This document shows positions 36,801 through 52,400 of a DNA stretch of 64,000 nt, piece after piece. The translations under genes were made by a program, and so were the position numbers. The DNA comes from Ylistrum balloti (Eukaryota): contig NW_026781989.1 in NCBI RefSeq assembly GCF_031769215.1, forward strand, positions 248,001-312,000. Reading direction: 5' to 3'. The notes under the pieces were generated by a model. That model did not search any database, was not told the DNA's origin, and was given only the letters and a program-made list of their open reading frames with translations. How positions within the stretch are numbered: the stretch's first letter is position 1; the number at the start of each line of letters is the position of its first letter.

Positions 36801-39800
36801 GATGTATATCAGTGTTTGGCTGGCATTAATATCGTAAGAAAAATTAGAAGCATTAATTATAAAGTCTATTTTTATACCTTTTTTGAAACAAGTTACGTAT
36901 ATCCTAATTGCTGTTGTCCTGGTTAGGCATTACCATGTTTAGTACTTCTCAAGCGTTTTACTGAAAGCGTTTGTAAGTATAGAAGTTATTTGACTGGCGG
37001 AAGATTTGGTCCTTTATGTTATTTTGAGGACACAGTTATTATCTAGCGTAGAAAACATTCGAATACAGACTGTTAATGGTATTGGCTATTACTTGATATC
37101 TGTCTCTAGAAAACACTGCAGGACAAGCCTGGTTATCTTAACTTGGCCTTTACACGAGTTTTCCTAAGTTTATACAATAACAAATCTGTTTACTCGGTAG
37201 TGAGAATAGATAACGATGGTCGTATTCGATGTTGGACTTAATAAGAGATAAAACCCAAACTGGATAGCTTAAACCATTGAACGATGTTCCTCCAATTTAC
37301 CAAATACAATTATATAAACTAGCAAAGATAATATGATTTTTATACTGCATCAATGTCTTTTTGCAATAAAAATGTCTATGACCAGAACAAAATCTGTTCA
37401 TATTATTGACCTTGACCCAAGGTCAATAATACTTCATAATTATAATTATTCTTAAAGTTCTAGAATAAACCAGTATTCTAATCTGAATCATAAACCTCTA
37501 GAATCGTAATATTATTGTTGTGTTGCAACCAGGAAATTTGTAAGATTCGATAAGTCAGAGATGAGTCAAAGATCTACATTTTGGAAGGATCCTTTTCGAA
37601 GTTATTGATCCTCTTTTCGTCTCGCTAAGGTTGTGTATAACAATAGTAGAAATATATGACATTGAATTATGTCCTACTTCAGGCAAACATCAAATGAGTA
37701 CATCCTTATATCCTACCCTGAAAGGAAGAAATATTGAAAATTTCACAAAATATTTTGGATTGAAAGTAGGTTTTTTATTTCTCTGATGGACAATGAGGTG
37801 ACAGAGGATGACTTAAAAAGTATATCACAGCAAGATACAAAACAAATCTCATCCCTATAAGTCAGGTACATCATACATAAACCTATTCCTGTGCACAAAG
37901 AGCTTGGTCCATCTTGGACCATATAATCCAGAAAACAAGACTTGCTACACCATCATATAAAATCTGGAAATATTTCTGAATTATCTGGACAAAGTTGGAA
38001 ACTCTCTTACAGTAAAGACACATAATAACTGAAAATATTGGCTAAGTTTCACAGTCTTAGAAGACTAGAATTCTAAAATTTGTTCATTCACACGTGACAT
38101 CAAATACATTTTCTCAGACTTTCTAATGTTTAGTTACAGTTTCAATCTAATCTGTAAATAAAAACCCAATTCTGAAATTTCCCAGTGATATACACGTTTT
38201 TTCTCAAAATAATTTTTCATTGGTTTATAAACAGGTCTTGAACTGTAAGTACAATTATCTTCTCTGCTTACAAACTTGCCTGTACTACAGCATATGGTTT
38301 ACCTAAAGTCTGACATATAACACTGCATAATATCATGTTTACAATTTGCTACTCAGTAACAGTACATTATTTCTCCATTTTTGTTATTTAATTTTTATCT
38401 CTTTACAAAATCACACAAGCTCATTCTCCACTAGCATACAAAGTTATGCTGACAATCAACATCATTTCTGGCTTTCTATATCACCATAGTTATTGCACAC
38501 ATATATATAAATATATATTTTTTGTCTAAAATGTGTAGGCAATTTTCAAAGAATTTCTTAAAAATTGCCAATAACGCAAAAAAAAAAAAACTGATGATAT
38601 ATGACAATCTTTGCTTAATTTCTACCTGAACCTATAAACTGGTGCTTGATATAGGGCATATCAGTTTTAGTGACAAAATGGTTTTTATTTTCTTTCTTTG
38701 TTTTCATACCAAATTATGCTTAAAAACATCTTAAGCCTCTTTCAACAAGTGTAATACAATAGGCAGCTACTGTACATTGCTTTATAACATATCAGCAGTA
38801 AGTGAAATAATATCAACATTATATATCATTGTTTATAAGTAAGTTGCTGTTACAAATTTTCAATACATACCTGTATAAATTAAGCATTTATGTTTTCTCA
38901 CCTTTCACCAAGAAAATGGTACAAAATTATTTCACTACACAATCAATCAGTAGGAATAATATTTGAACTCTTTTTGTCTTATAGAATGGAAATAAATATT
39001 AAAATATTGAAAAAATAACATTAACAAAATTGTTTACTGTTTACAATTCAGAATCTTATATTTCAAATGTCATTTAAAAACCCGAATTGCCTTTCAGATT
39101 AAATAAATCCAGTAAATGCAAATAGAAAGGGTTAACACTTACAGCTATACTTTCTGTTAGGGTTAAATATACTTACAATATTTACAAATCCATTTGTTTA
39201 AGTTTTTCCAGGATATGAAAATCAACTGTCACCACAGAATATATTATATATTCCAAAATATACAGTACATGAAAAAGTTACAATTGAATCATAATCTCCT
39301 ATGAAATCTTTCTATATTTTTATACACATAAATGACATGCTGTCATACCCAAGCTCTCCCTTCAGTAAATACAACAAATTTCACACCATCGAAAAGCTTC
39401 CTCACAAAACAGATCTATCTATATCATATTACTACACAGAACATATTATATACTGTGTATATAAATAATCAATGAAGTTGTAGTTTTATCAATTTTATTC
39501 TTACATACAACACTCACACAGACAGGTATATCATTGATCAATATCTGTGAATCATTCATTATTATCAGTCATTTTGAGGAGGCAAAACACAATTTATAGC
39601 ACTTTTACTGAGTACTATATCAACAGAAGCACACATCATTACTGATGTATAGTAGGTTTCATTCTAGGTACATCCAAACTTAACATGTGACATTCATATC
39701 TTGCCAGATATAAAAACAGAGGACTAAATTCTATCAATTCTTAAACCTAAATGAAAAAGGCTTATTTGCGGTAAAATATGGTATATGCAAAAATATGTCT

Positions 39801-41679
39801 AATCATATAACCAACATTGTGTCCCATTTATGAAATTGAGGCATATAGAATCATAAAGGTTCAATAAAAATAAACCGATGAGTTCATACAATATTTTTTC
39901 TGGTCAATTTACAATAATTTATTAATAACTCCCCTTCAGTAACTCTTGAGATTTAGAAAAAAAAATCTGAGTTATTAAAAATACAAGACAAAGGTTGATG
40001 AATTTTAAGTTTTTCAAACATAATTGATTTCCATTATGCTTTTTATCTAAACATGTGAAAATATGATCTAAAAATATAAGAAATATTGTCTTGAAACCCA
40101 AAAACTTTCATTACAATTACAATAAAGTAAAAAAATATGATTAGAACATTAAGACTGACTGATAATTTCCCCTTTCATTTGTAGATTTTATACTTGAAAA
40201 GCGTTTGATGAATTAGATGATGACTATGACACAAAATAAGGAAATTTCTATAAAGACAACTACTTACCATCAGGAGCACCTGAACTACACTGACGCTGAA
40301 GTTGGTTACACAAAAAGCACTTTAATATTTAAAATGAGCAAAAAATGATCAATTCTAAAATTCCTCAAAGAATTCTGAAATCTACCATAGCTCTATTTAT
40401 ATTGAATATCAGGCATGGTATCTGAATACTTTGTGTATATTTCTCAGTTAAACTCCATCTTATATAAGTGACTAAACAATAGCAAACATCAACAAAAAAC
40501 AAGGAAAACAAAATTGTTGCCAGGATTGCTTTCTTATATCAAACTGATTATCAGCTATAGCTAAATCTAGACCTCCTTTCCATCTTGAACTTCCATTAGG
40601 AAGGCACTTCACAGAATTTATGGTTTAAGTTACTAAATATTTCAAGATATTTTTGTAAAGTATCCTAGTCTCGGATAACAAAGCATTTAAATACCAGTTT
40701 TATAATGGTTTTTATAACGTGTTTTTTTTTTATCAATTTTCTTTATTCTCCACATAGCAATAGCCTCACACAAGTGGAGTAGAAATATCTATTTTTATCT
40801 TTTATGAACAACAAATCAACAAAATCAGAAACAGAATAGCTATGGTAAGCTCATTACCAAATGACATTTCCCTGTTGTAACCATGACGAAAAGGTGTGGC
40901 ATTAAACTAGAACTGATAATGGACTGGTTTTACTCACAACACAGTCAAGATTATAAACAATGATAAATCAATAGTACAAAGCCCACCAAAATTTAGAGAA
41001 GTTAAACACTTAAGTGTCATTCACAGCAACAAGGAAAAAACAATTTGTAATATCTTTTTTTTTAAGATTCTAAATGTTTTGACATGTGACAATGTTTGAG
41101 ATCAAACATAAAAAAACACTACACATTTCATTCTATGCTAACTAACATTGACTTATGTGCATTAGTTCTGGGATGATAATACAATATCACTTCTGATATT
41201 TGAAACTGACAGATGGTAACTATTATACACCACCCATAACACAGAAAAATAACAAAAAGCAGTAATATTGTGATTTTATATAATTCATGTAACAGTACAT
41301 GTATACTGTTTTCTTTTGTTTTTTTTTCTCAATAAATCCTAAACCTGTGTGAAGGACATGATAATCCACATGCACAATCATAAAAGATCTCACTAAGTTT
41401 TTTTTATCTTGATGTCTACATCATGCTTAGGAGAGTTTTCCTCTAATTGAAATCAGTACATGTTCAATTTGTTTCCTTACTTTCTCAATCAAAATCTAAT
41501 TAGGCAGCAGTGAATACAGTTGCCCATATAAGAATACACATATAGATTTGATAAAATAATATGGCACCTGGTTGAGACAAAAAATGTAACAGAAAATGTT
41601 GAATGTCCGTCACCAGATGACAGTGATAGAATGTAGTCCAGCCACAATGAGATTTCAACCTTGCTCCACTACTATCTCT

Positions 41680-43990
<2,311 letters not shown>

Positions 43991-46712
43991 CTATCAACTG
44001 AAAGTAGACAGAAAGGTTTTTATGTCTGTCAATTAGACTTTTACATCTTTAAATAAACTGTAGTGGCAGCACTATATTATCTTATCACTATACATTGTCT
44101 TTCACACTGCATTGATCAACAGCCATCTTATGAGAAACTATAAACAAGATATGCTGAGACATTTTTGTTATATAAAAAGTTCCATTCTAATTCAAAATCA
44201 GTCCAACTACAGATGTATGCCTACAGTAAGCCTGTGGTCATACCTAATTTGGATTTCATCAAACATCTTTAATCAAAATATCTCTCTTCTTTACAGCAGA
44301 TAAAGTCAAAATATGATAAACATTTGAAAACTATTAGACTCCCAACAATAATATTGATCCTGCCAAGGAGCTTAGAGGAGCATGTATAGTCAAGTGAAAG
44401 CCAGTTGAAGACACTGGTTTGTAAAGACGTGAAGCTGGAAGTTACACTCACTACCATCCAGACATTAAACTTCGATTAACAGGTACTATTTCAACCCCTT
44501 CAATGAATATACCAGCCATTATAATATCTATCTTGCCTATCTATTAATCTTAACAAAATCAGTTTACATGGCACTACCACAGGTGTCTGGTGGGCTATAT
44601 CTCCTTATAACATATGCTGTGAATGAGTTTTTTTTTAAATGTGATATCATGTTATATTTCAATATAAAGGCGATGAAGGAACAGCAAATTATTAAAGTGC
44701 TGAATATCCATATTGTTATCATTAATTAATTAATACATGTAATACATGAATCTTCCGTACAATTTCTGTCTTAATTTCGTCACCATTAGGCACATAAAAG
44801 TAATAATATTTCCTTTTAGACAGCAATTTACAAATTGAGATGAAGACAAAAAAATCAACTGATTATAAATAATCAAATTTCTTTAAATTTATTATTTTAA
44901 CAGACATATATAACACAAATTTATTGATTTCTTAGCACTAGAAAATTCGACAATACATAAAAAAGAAATTTTAATTATAGACAATTTACACTTTATTTAC
45001 ATATGCACCAAAGAGTCTTTTTATATAATAAATTAAGAAAACAATGGATAGATATTCTGAACCGTTCGGACTAATCATAGATATCAAATATGTGAACACA
45101 AATTTTAAAAGGATTTGTCATATCGTCAGTAAATTTACGTAAGCTAGCTATATGTCAGAAAGTTAGTCAAATTCATCAATCATTTTGCAGACCTTGCTAC
45201 ACCACAGACTTACGAGCACATCACATATGTTTTATATTCGTTTCTGGCTCAACCAATGTACTTAACAGTGTGAACGTTGAGCCCTTGTGTTGTTGTAACA
45301 CTTAATGTTGTGGTTTTGATTAAATTACAAACGCTGGGGTCTCTTGACTTCAAGCAAAAAGCACATAGATATACAATGAGGTAGGACGAGATCTGAGAGA
45401 GCCTTATTACCGGTCAACTGATTACAAAACGTCCATCAAGAGACTTTTTTTTTTTTTTTTTTAGCTTAACGTCCTTGTTCCGGTTATAACCGAGCCTAGG
45501 ACTCCATCAAGAGACAACGTCGGTTTATTATATATAATCCATGACACGGCCGAGTGACTTCATAACGATCGACTTTACTGAACCCGATGGGCTCCTAAAA
45601 CAATCTATGGCCGTGATTATCTATATATAATGGACAGAAAAGCCATTCCTGATGACCTATTTCCTTCCTTCTGTAGACTGTGCCCGTGGACATTTTGGAA
45701 ATGTAGAAAATATTGTTTATGTAGACATTTCCGAGTTAGCCATTCATGTATTTGATCATAATGCTTATCTAATTTGGAATTAAGAAATAATAACGACAAG
45801 AAGAAATGTCTAAATATGAAGCATATGGCCTGCCTACCTGTGATGTTTTCGTCCGATCCTTCCTCTGTCAGACTCAACCGCAACTTCCTGTCCCCAGTTT
45901 ATCAACAAAGACACGTCAGGGTTTAGTAAGGTGCCCGGATGTCAACATCGCCGACCCAAAGAATATTGTGCGCCAAATTCAAATCCAGCTCATACCATTT
46001 GTTTTGCACACCAAACTAAAACAGAAAACAACAATTAGTTAGCTTACATTGTATTTTAATCATCATTCCCAGAGATGGACAATAGTATTCCTGATACTAT
46101 GGGGAAAAAAACTACGTAATATAACGGAATTTATACATATAAAGTCGAACGGATTACCGCGTATTCTTGAAGTATGAAAACACATCATTTTATTTTTCTT
46201 AGTTCGCAAAGCTTGATCTACCTCTCGTTTTGGACGAACCATAACAAACATTTTTATGAAAACAAATAGACGACATTGCTCGTAGTTCCAAATGCAAGCG
46301 GCAATTTTTTTTCAAAAACGATAAACAGATTTTTTTTATCACACGTGCAGAAAAAAAAATCGTTTCTATGCCCAGAATCAGTCTTATTCATATGCAGCAC
46401 GGTCCCTTAAATCGCCAACAACAAAAACTAGATATAAAATAATAAAGGTAGCTAATTTTTCGAATACCAAAATGTTTTGAGTTTTTTTAACGCATATTCA
46501 AGATCACGATAAAGATGTAGATTATTTTTTATAACACTCAAACATTTAGAACTGCGTGACAAATTACCAAAAACCCGCGAATACGTGTTTCATCGAAATT
46601 CTATTAAACAAATACTTAAAGAGAAGTAAAAATTAGTACTTGAAATAGTAGTATCACATTGTGAAAAGAAACCCGGACTTCTAGGATCCATCTGCTGTAT
46701 AGATGAATAATG

Positions 46713-49700
46713 TTTAGTTTAAACAATATTTTATTCAATGTTTAACATTTAGATATACATATAATTCAAATCTTAACTAAGAGGATTTGGTAACAAGCTT
46801 AAAGCTTATGTAAAACCATCTCCTAAAATGTTATACCATTCACATATCGACAGAGTGGTCCAACTAAAAAGGAATGCTGGTGGCAGCTATAAAATTACAA
46901 TCCGAGTACTGATCATGTGTTTGAAATGTAGTCGCGTGCAAATTAGATATGAGTTGTTTTTAATTCCCTATATTACCTCTGAACTGAAGAGTGCAGAGAG
47001 TATAGAATATTATAAGATATAACATAACATTTGGTATAATTAAGCATAGATACATAGTAAGTACAATAATAAAGTATATAGGTACATAATAAGATAGTTG
47101 TACATGCACATGGAGAAACCGACCTTATAATGTGGGAAGCATAATGATAAATTGGTATTAATACATTTGAGTAAGTAAAATATTGTGCAAGATATGCACT
47201 GTAATGATAATTTTGTAGGCCCACAGCACACAGGGGTTGGGGATACCCCTACCAGCAAGGTGTTGCAGGCTCTCAATTTTTTCACAAAAAATATAAATAC
47301 ATTATGCCATGCACATATATCATCATTTTAAAGCCCAATTGATGCATGCATTGGGTATAGTCATATTTGCAATTTGTAAGAATATAAGTGTAGTACACTA
47401 TACAACATCATTATGCAATATAATGATAAGTTTGTAGGCTCACAGCACACAGGGGTTGGGGATAGCCCTACCAGCAAGGTGTTGCAGGCCCACAATTTTC
47501 ACAAAAGATGTAAATACATTATGCCATGCACATATATCATAATTTAAAGCCTAGTTGACGCATACATTGGTTATAGTAATATTTGCCATTTGTAAGAATG
47601 TAAATATGGTACAATATGGCGACATAGCAATCATAAAAAATAATAGGTACAGTATTTGTAGTGAAGGTAAATCATTATAAGTATATAATATGTCCATACT
47701 AAGGGCAAGTATATTATATTAACTAGGGACTAAATTTCATATTACTGATACATGTAAGTACTTTGCGGATACCGTTAAAGTACGTATATGTTACGTTGGT
47801 AAATAATGCGTGAATGGATATCTACATTCAACTAAAGGCAAATATAGTATTTCTACGCAGTTTAGAGCGAGTATGGGTAAGTAATTTATGATTAAATTGG
47901 TAAGAGGTACAAGATTTGCAATGAAAGTACATCGTGACCAAGTGATTGAGAACGAGATTGTTGTTAGAGTAAGCACAGTCAAGTTATTTTTACAAATGGA
48001 AATGGATACGATCATGCAAATCGTTCACTTTTCATTATATATTCTTGAACAGCTGATACGATTTCCTCGTTTTGCTGTATAGTTAAATCGGGATTTCCCC
48101 AGAGTAGACATTCAGTATTTAAATCATAATTGAGTGCCCAAATGTATTGTTCTCTTATGTTTGTGTATTTTTCACAAGCAAATAAATAATGAAAGTTGTC
48201 TTCAATATAACCGCATGTACAAAAAGGATCGTCGCTAATGTTTTTCTCAAAGAGGTGTGCTTTTAAGCTGCTACATAGTAGTCTAAGTCTCGAATGGTAT
48301 ATTTGGGCTGTTCTGTTTCCATAGGATCGGTAACTAGGCGATTTACCTTTGTCTCTATAAAGATAATGTTTAAGGACAGACACAGAGGGGTTTTCTCGTA
48401 TAGTGGTAGGTAGATTGTTCCACAAATGGACAGTAGAAGGAAGGAAGGAGTTTTTGTAGAAACTGGTATTAGTTTTAATGGTAGATAAATGATTCGATTG
48501 TCTAGTTCTCATATTATGTATTTCGGAATTTCTCCGTGGAAGTATATTAGAAAGAGAAGACGGAGTATGGTTATAGACCATGTTGTGGAGCTTGATAATC
48601 TTATGTTTTTTCCTGCGTTCTGCTAATGTGTCCCAACATGTATCTTTATATAACAATTCTATACTTACCAATTTTGTTGCTCCAGTAACAATCCGTGCTG
48701 ATTCCTTGTGAATAGATTCTAGTTTATTAATAAAGACAATTGGCAAAGAATCCCAAACAACATCAGCATATTCAAGGATCGGCAAAATATATGAGAAATA
48801 TATACGTTCTAACGTGCTACGGTCAAGAACAAATTTGAGCTTCCTTAGGGCAGATAACCTTTTGGACGCCTTCAAGATAATACCGTCAACATGATTAGTC
48901 CAACTTAAATCTTCATTGATATATACACCTAGATGTTTGTGTGTTATTACTTGATTGATATTTGTGTTATCCATACTAAGTTGTGGAAGGATAGATTTTG
49001 AAGATTTCCTACTGATTAGTAACGACTCTGTTTTATTTGCATTAAACGTAACTAGCCATTGATTAGCCCAAGCATGAATATTACATAAGTCATTATTTAA
49101 TACGTTGGCTGAGTTAATAGCGTTGTCTACTACGAGATAGAGGGTAGTGTCATCTGCAAATAATTTTATAATACTAGCAATGTCAGAAACTATATCATTG
49201 ATAAAAATCAGAAACAATAAGGGTCCTAAAATAGAGCCCTGTGGAACCCCAGCTTTAATTGTACCATAGTTTGAAAATTCACCGTTTACCAAAACTCGCT
49301 GTTTCCTATCAGAAAGATAACTTTTGAACCACCCTAATAGCGTTCCCCTTATGCCTGCTTTATTTAATTTATAAAGGAGTCCCTTATGCCACACCCTATC
49401 AAAAGCTTTACTTATATCTAGGAAAATAACCTGCACCTCCTTCCCACAATCTAAAGCTTTACCAATATCATTTGTAATAGTCAATAGTTGATTTATAGCA
49501 GAATCACCTCTTCTAAAACCCGACTGGTGTTCGGTGAAAAAAGAAGAGTCTCGTAGAAAATTATACACATGTTTAAAAACACACCTTTCCATAACCTTTC
49601 CTATTATACTAATAAGGGAAATCGGTCTATAATTTGAAACTACACTAGGGTCGTCTTTTTTAAATATAGGAATAACATTAGCCATTTTCCACATTTCGGG

Positions 49701-51526
49701 ATATGATTGATTCGACAGTGATTTGTTAAAAAGACTACAAAGAGGCCCAATTAACTGACGTTTACCTTCTTTTAAAAATTTCCCACTTATTAAGTCAGGC
49801 CCAGGTGCTTTAGACGCGTCAAGTATACTAATAGCATCAGAGACGTCCTGCTGTGTAATAGTAATATTTTCTAGTATGATAGTAATATTGTCATGATTAA
49901 CTGGAAGGGGTCGATGTAAGTCGTTAAGTTCGGTCTGTTGAATAAAGTAGTCATTAAGAATAGTGGCTTTTTCTTTATCATCAATGTACTCTTGACCATT
50001 ATAAATGATCATAGGTACGTCAGTAGTTTTACATGAAAAGTTAGTTAATGAGTTCAAGACTTTCCACCAATTTTTAGAAGAGTTAGGAGTGGTTTGAAGG
50101 TAAGATGATATTTTTTTGTAATAATTACTTTTCGCCTGCCGAATAGCATCAACACATGTATTTCTTACTTTTCTGAATGTTTCCCAATGAAGTGGGTTCT
50201 GTGTAGTCTTGGCTTTTGCATGAATTCTTTTTCTAGTTCTGATCAATTTACGTATATTATTGTGCATCCAAGGCGGGTCAGCTTTTCTTATTGTGATACA
50301 TTTGTTTGGTATTGTCTCTGAAGCTATTTGAGTAATTGTTTTTGTAACATAATCTGCATCGAGATCTGTAGATAATGCTTCTGTATCATTCCAGGTAATG
50401 TTATTTAATTTCTCACGATAATTGTTAAAATTGCAATCTTTGTATAACCATATACGACGTTTGGTGCATTTACAGTTCGGTGGGCGTTTGAATTTCAGAT
50501 ACGCATATATAGGACAGTGATACCTTATATTACTTTTCAGAAAAGGATCACCTACATGGGATTGTTCAACAATACCATCATTGCTAACGAGAAACACATC
50601 TATTAAGGATCTTGAGGTTTCTGTGAAATGTGTTGGCTCATTTATTAACTGCTTTAAAGCGAATTGGTTCATAATATCTTTAATTACACTGTTATACGTG
50701 GATAGAATATTGTCATTCAAATCACCAGTAATAAGAATGTTTGTAATACCTGTACTAAATGCAAGTTCTATAGAGTAATGGATTAAATTCCAAGTTTGGT
50801 CGTTGATGTTTGGGGGGCGGTAAAAAGTGCCAAGTAGCAGTTTATGAGATTTCAAATGTAATTCTAGCCATACACTTTCAACATTCCTGACCTCGAGATC
50901 TTTACGCCGTTTGACAATGATGTTTTTCCGAACATAGACACCGCCACCAATTCGCGTTTGTCTGCTTTGACAAAAAGGTGGATAAAAATGGCCGTGAATG
51001 AGATCATCAGACGACTCGTTTGAGGGGTTTAGCCATGTTTCGGTAAACGCAAGCACGTCAAAAGTATTCAGTTCAGTAAAAATACATTGATTTTATCTAC
51101 GTTATAGTGAACAACACATAGTTGGACCTGGATTGCTTTCTACAACAATTGAACAAGAAGATCATATAAGACTACAAGAATGTCTAATAGTAAAATGAAA
51201 GTAAGTAAGACATACCAATTCTGACTTACTTTATGTGGATGTACCTTTTTAGGACCTCTAGTGATTACACCTATACCGTATAGGAAGATACAAGTGATAA
51301 TGGGTAAGGCTTTCCATCCAAAGTTAAGTACCAGGTTTACTGCCAGTACAGTAATTGGATCTAAGCGTTTGTGTAAGGGTAATGTTAGGGATTTGTCATA
51401 GAAGGCGCCGGTAAGAGTTCGGTGGCTTATTACGTCACTCGGCATCAGGTAATACCAGATACGTAGGAGAGGTAAGTACTTTTAAACACAGCGCCTTCTA
51501 CGCTTGAGAGTTCAAATATAATTTTC
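46713..51526 (-). mobile_element. CR1/L2-group LINE: APE-RT ORF, ~1.3-kb 3'UTR, candidate 12-bp TSD
   Basis: The 1014-codon ORF is at 48012-51056. The 3' end aataaaatattgtttaaactaaa is at ~46713-46735. AGATGAATAATG is present at 46701-46712 and 51527-51538. A broken upstream part of the same ORF begins at ATG 51445. Confidence 0.9.
48012..51056 (-). CDS. LINE ORF2 (apurinic endonuclease plus reverse transcriptase), N-terminus disrupted
   Basis: APE motifs AFTETWL, GGGV, GTFYRPP, ITGDLN, SLIDVF and YHCPI; RT motifs KAPGPD, YRPISL, FLDISKAFDRVWH, GVPQGSILGPLLF and FADD; C-terminal CTCGYIEDNFHYLFAC. The ORF opens on a GTG just after upstream frameshifts. Confidence 0.95.
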   Translation of the reverse strand: MLAFTETWLNPSNESSDDLIHGHFYPPFCQSRQTRIGGGVYVRKNIIVKRRKDLEVRNVESVWLELHLKSHKLLLGTFYRPPNINDQTWNLIHYSIELAFSTGITNILITGDLNDNILSTYNSVIKDIMNQFALKQLINEPTHFTETSRSLIDVFLVSNDGIVEQSHVGDPFLKSNIRYHCPIYAYLKFKRPPNCKCTKRRIWLYKDCNFNNYREKLNNITWNDTEALSTDLDADYVTKTITQIASETIPNKCITIRKADPPWMHNNIRKLIRTRKRIHAKAKTTQNPLHWETFRKVRNTCVDAIRQAKSNYYKKISSYLQTTPNSSKNWWKVLNSLTNFSCKTTDVPMIIYNGQEYIDDKEKATILNDYFIQQTELNDLHRPLPVNHDNITIILENITITQQDVSDAISILDASKAPGPDLISGKFLKEGKRQLIGPLCSLFNKSLSNQSYPEMWKMANVIPIFKKDDPSVVSNYRPISLISIIGKVMERCVFKHVYNFLRDSSFFTEHQSGFRRGDSAINQLLTITNDIGKALDCGKEVQVIFLDISKAFDRVWHKGLLYKLNKAGIRGTLLGWFKSYLSDRKQRVLVNGEFSNYGTIKAGVPQGSILGPLLFLIFINDIVSDIASIIKLFADDTTLYLVVDNAINSANVLNNDLCNIHAWANQWLVTFNANKTESLLISRKSSKSILPQLSMDNTNINQVITHKHLGVYINEDLSWTNHVDGIILKASKRLSALRKLKFVLDRSTLERIYFSYILPILEYADVVWDSLPIVFINKLESIHKESARIVTGATKLVSIELLYKDTCWDTLAERRKKHKIIKLHNMVYNHTPSSLSNILPRRNSEIHNMRTRQSNHLSTIKTNTSFYKNSFLPSTVHLWNNLPTTIRENPSVSVLKHYLYRDKGKSPSYRSYGNRTAQIYHSRLRLLCSSLKAHLFEKNISDDPFCTCGYIEDNFHYLFACEKYTNIREQYIWALNYDLNTECLLWGNPDLTIQQNEEIVSAVQEYIMKSERFA

Positions 51527-52119
51527 AGATGAATAATGAAAAGTTTCACAAAAATTGTATACATGATCAGTACTCGGATGTAATGCATTCCAATAACAAA
51601 AGCAATGAAAACAACAAAGTGTATGTACATATAAAGAAACATATGGAGACATTTTGCACCATGGATTTGAGATAAGGTAAGTATTCAATATGTACATGTG
51701 CAGCAAAGTTGGCTAGCAAACGTTCAGAGTAATAAGATTGGTTTCGGTATGTAATATCAATATTTAATTATTAGTTAAAGTTAGTTATAGATATAATGGT
51801 TCCTATAATAATGTCTATTATTGAGTGATAGCATTTCTGATCGTTTTCGAAATTGGTTCGCATGAATCTGATTCAAGTATATTTATTGAACAAGAGATCA
51901 AGCACAAGTTACTGTCATTTAATTTCACATTCCCCAATATACTTTTGCATGGAAAATAATTATTCTTATGTAAACATGCGTACATTTATGTCTACAATAA
52001 TCATTAATATCAAAATTAAAATCTGTCACTAGACCTCACTGAAGGACAGCGCATGTCTGAACATATTTTGATTAAGGCCCATGGTAAGAAACCAAACCAA
52101 ATTTAATGCAGAAATAGTC

Positions 52120-52400
52120 TAAGGTTTCTGACATACAGAATTCTATTTTCTGATACCAGAAAATTATTTCATGGAAGAAATAAATTTGAATTTTCAATAT
52201 CAGAAGATATCTGAAATATATTTATAAAAAAAAATGAATGAATTAATTAATTAGTTGATTAATGGATAAAATATCATGCTTTGAATTTAAGCAAATGTGT
52301 TCATATGATTTTCTGATATCAGAAAATTTGTTTGTATTCTAATATCCATTAAATGAATTTTCTGATATTAAAAAATGATAAATGAAATCATTTTTTTTAT
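52120..52400. repeat. Degenerate repeat rich in the TTTTCTGATATCAGAAAA palindrome (MITE-like remnant)
   Basis: ttttctgataccagaaaa (~52147), ttttctgatatcagaaaa (~52309) and ttttctgatattaaaaaa (~52358). Confidence 0.45.

Noticed and set aside
37500-41679. ORFs such as 41755-42075 and the AT-rich stretch below SMIM14
   Set aside because: 41755-42075 lies in the last SMIM14 intron, and the stretch looks like a long 3'UTR or intergenic sequence. There is no coding signal, and the UTR end cannot be fixed from sequence alone.
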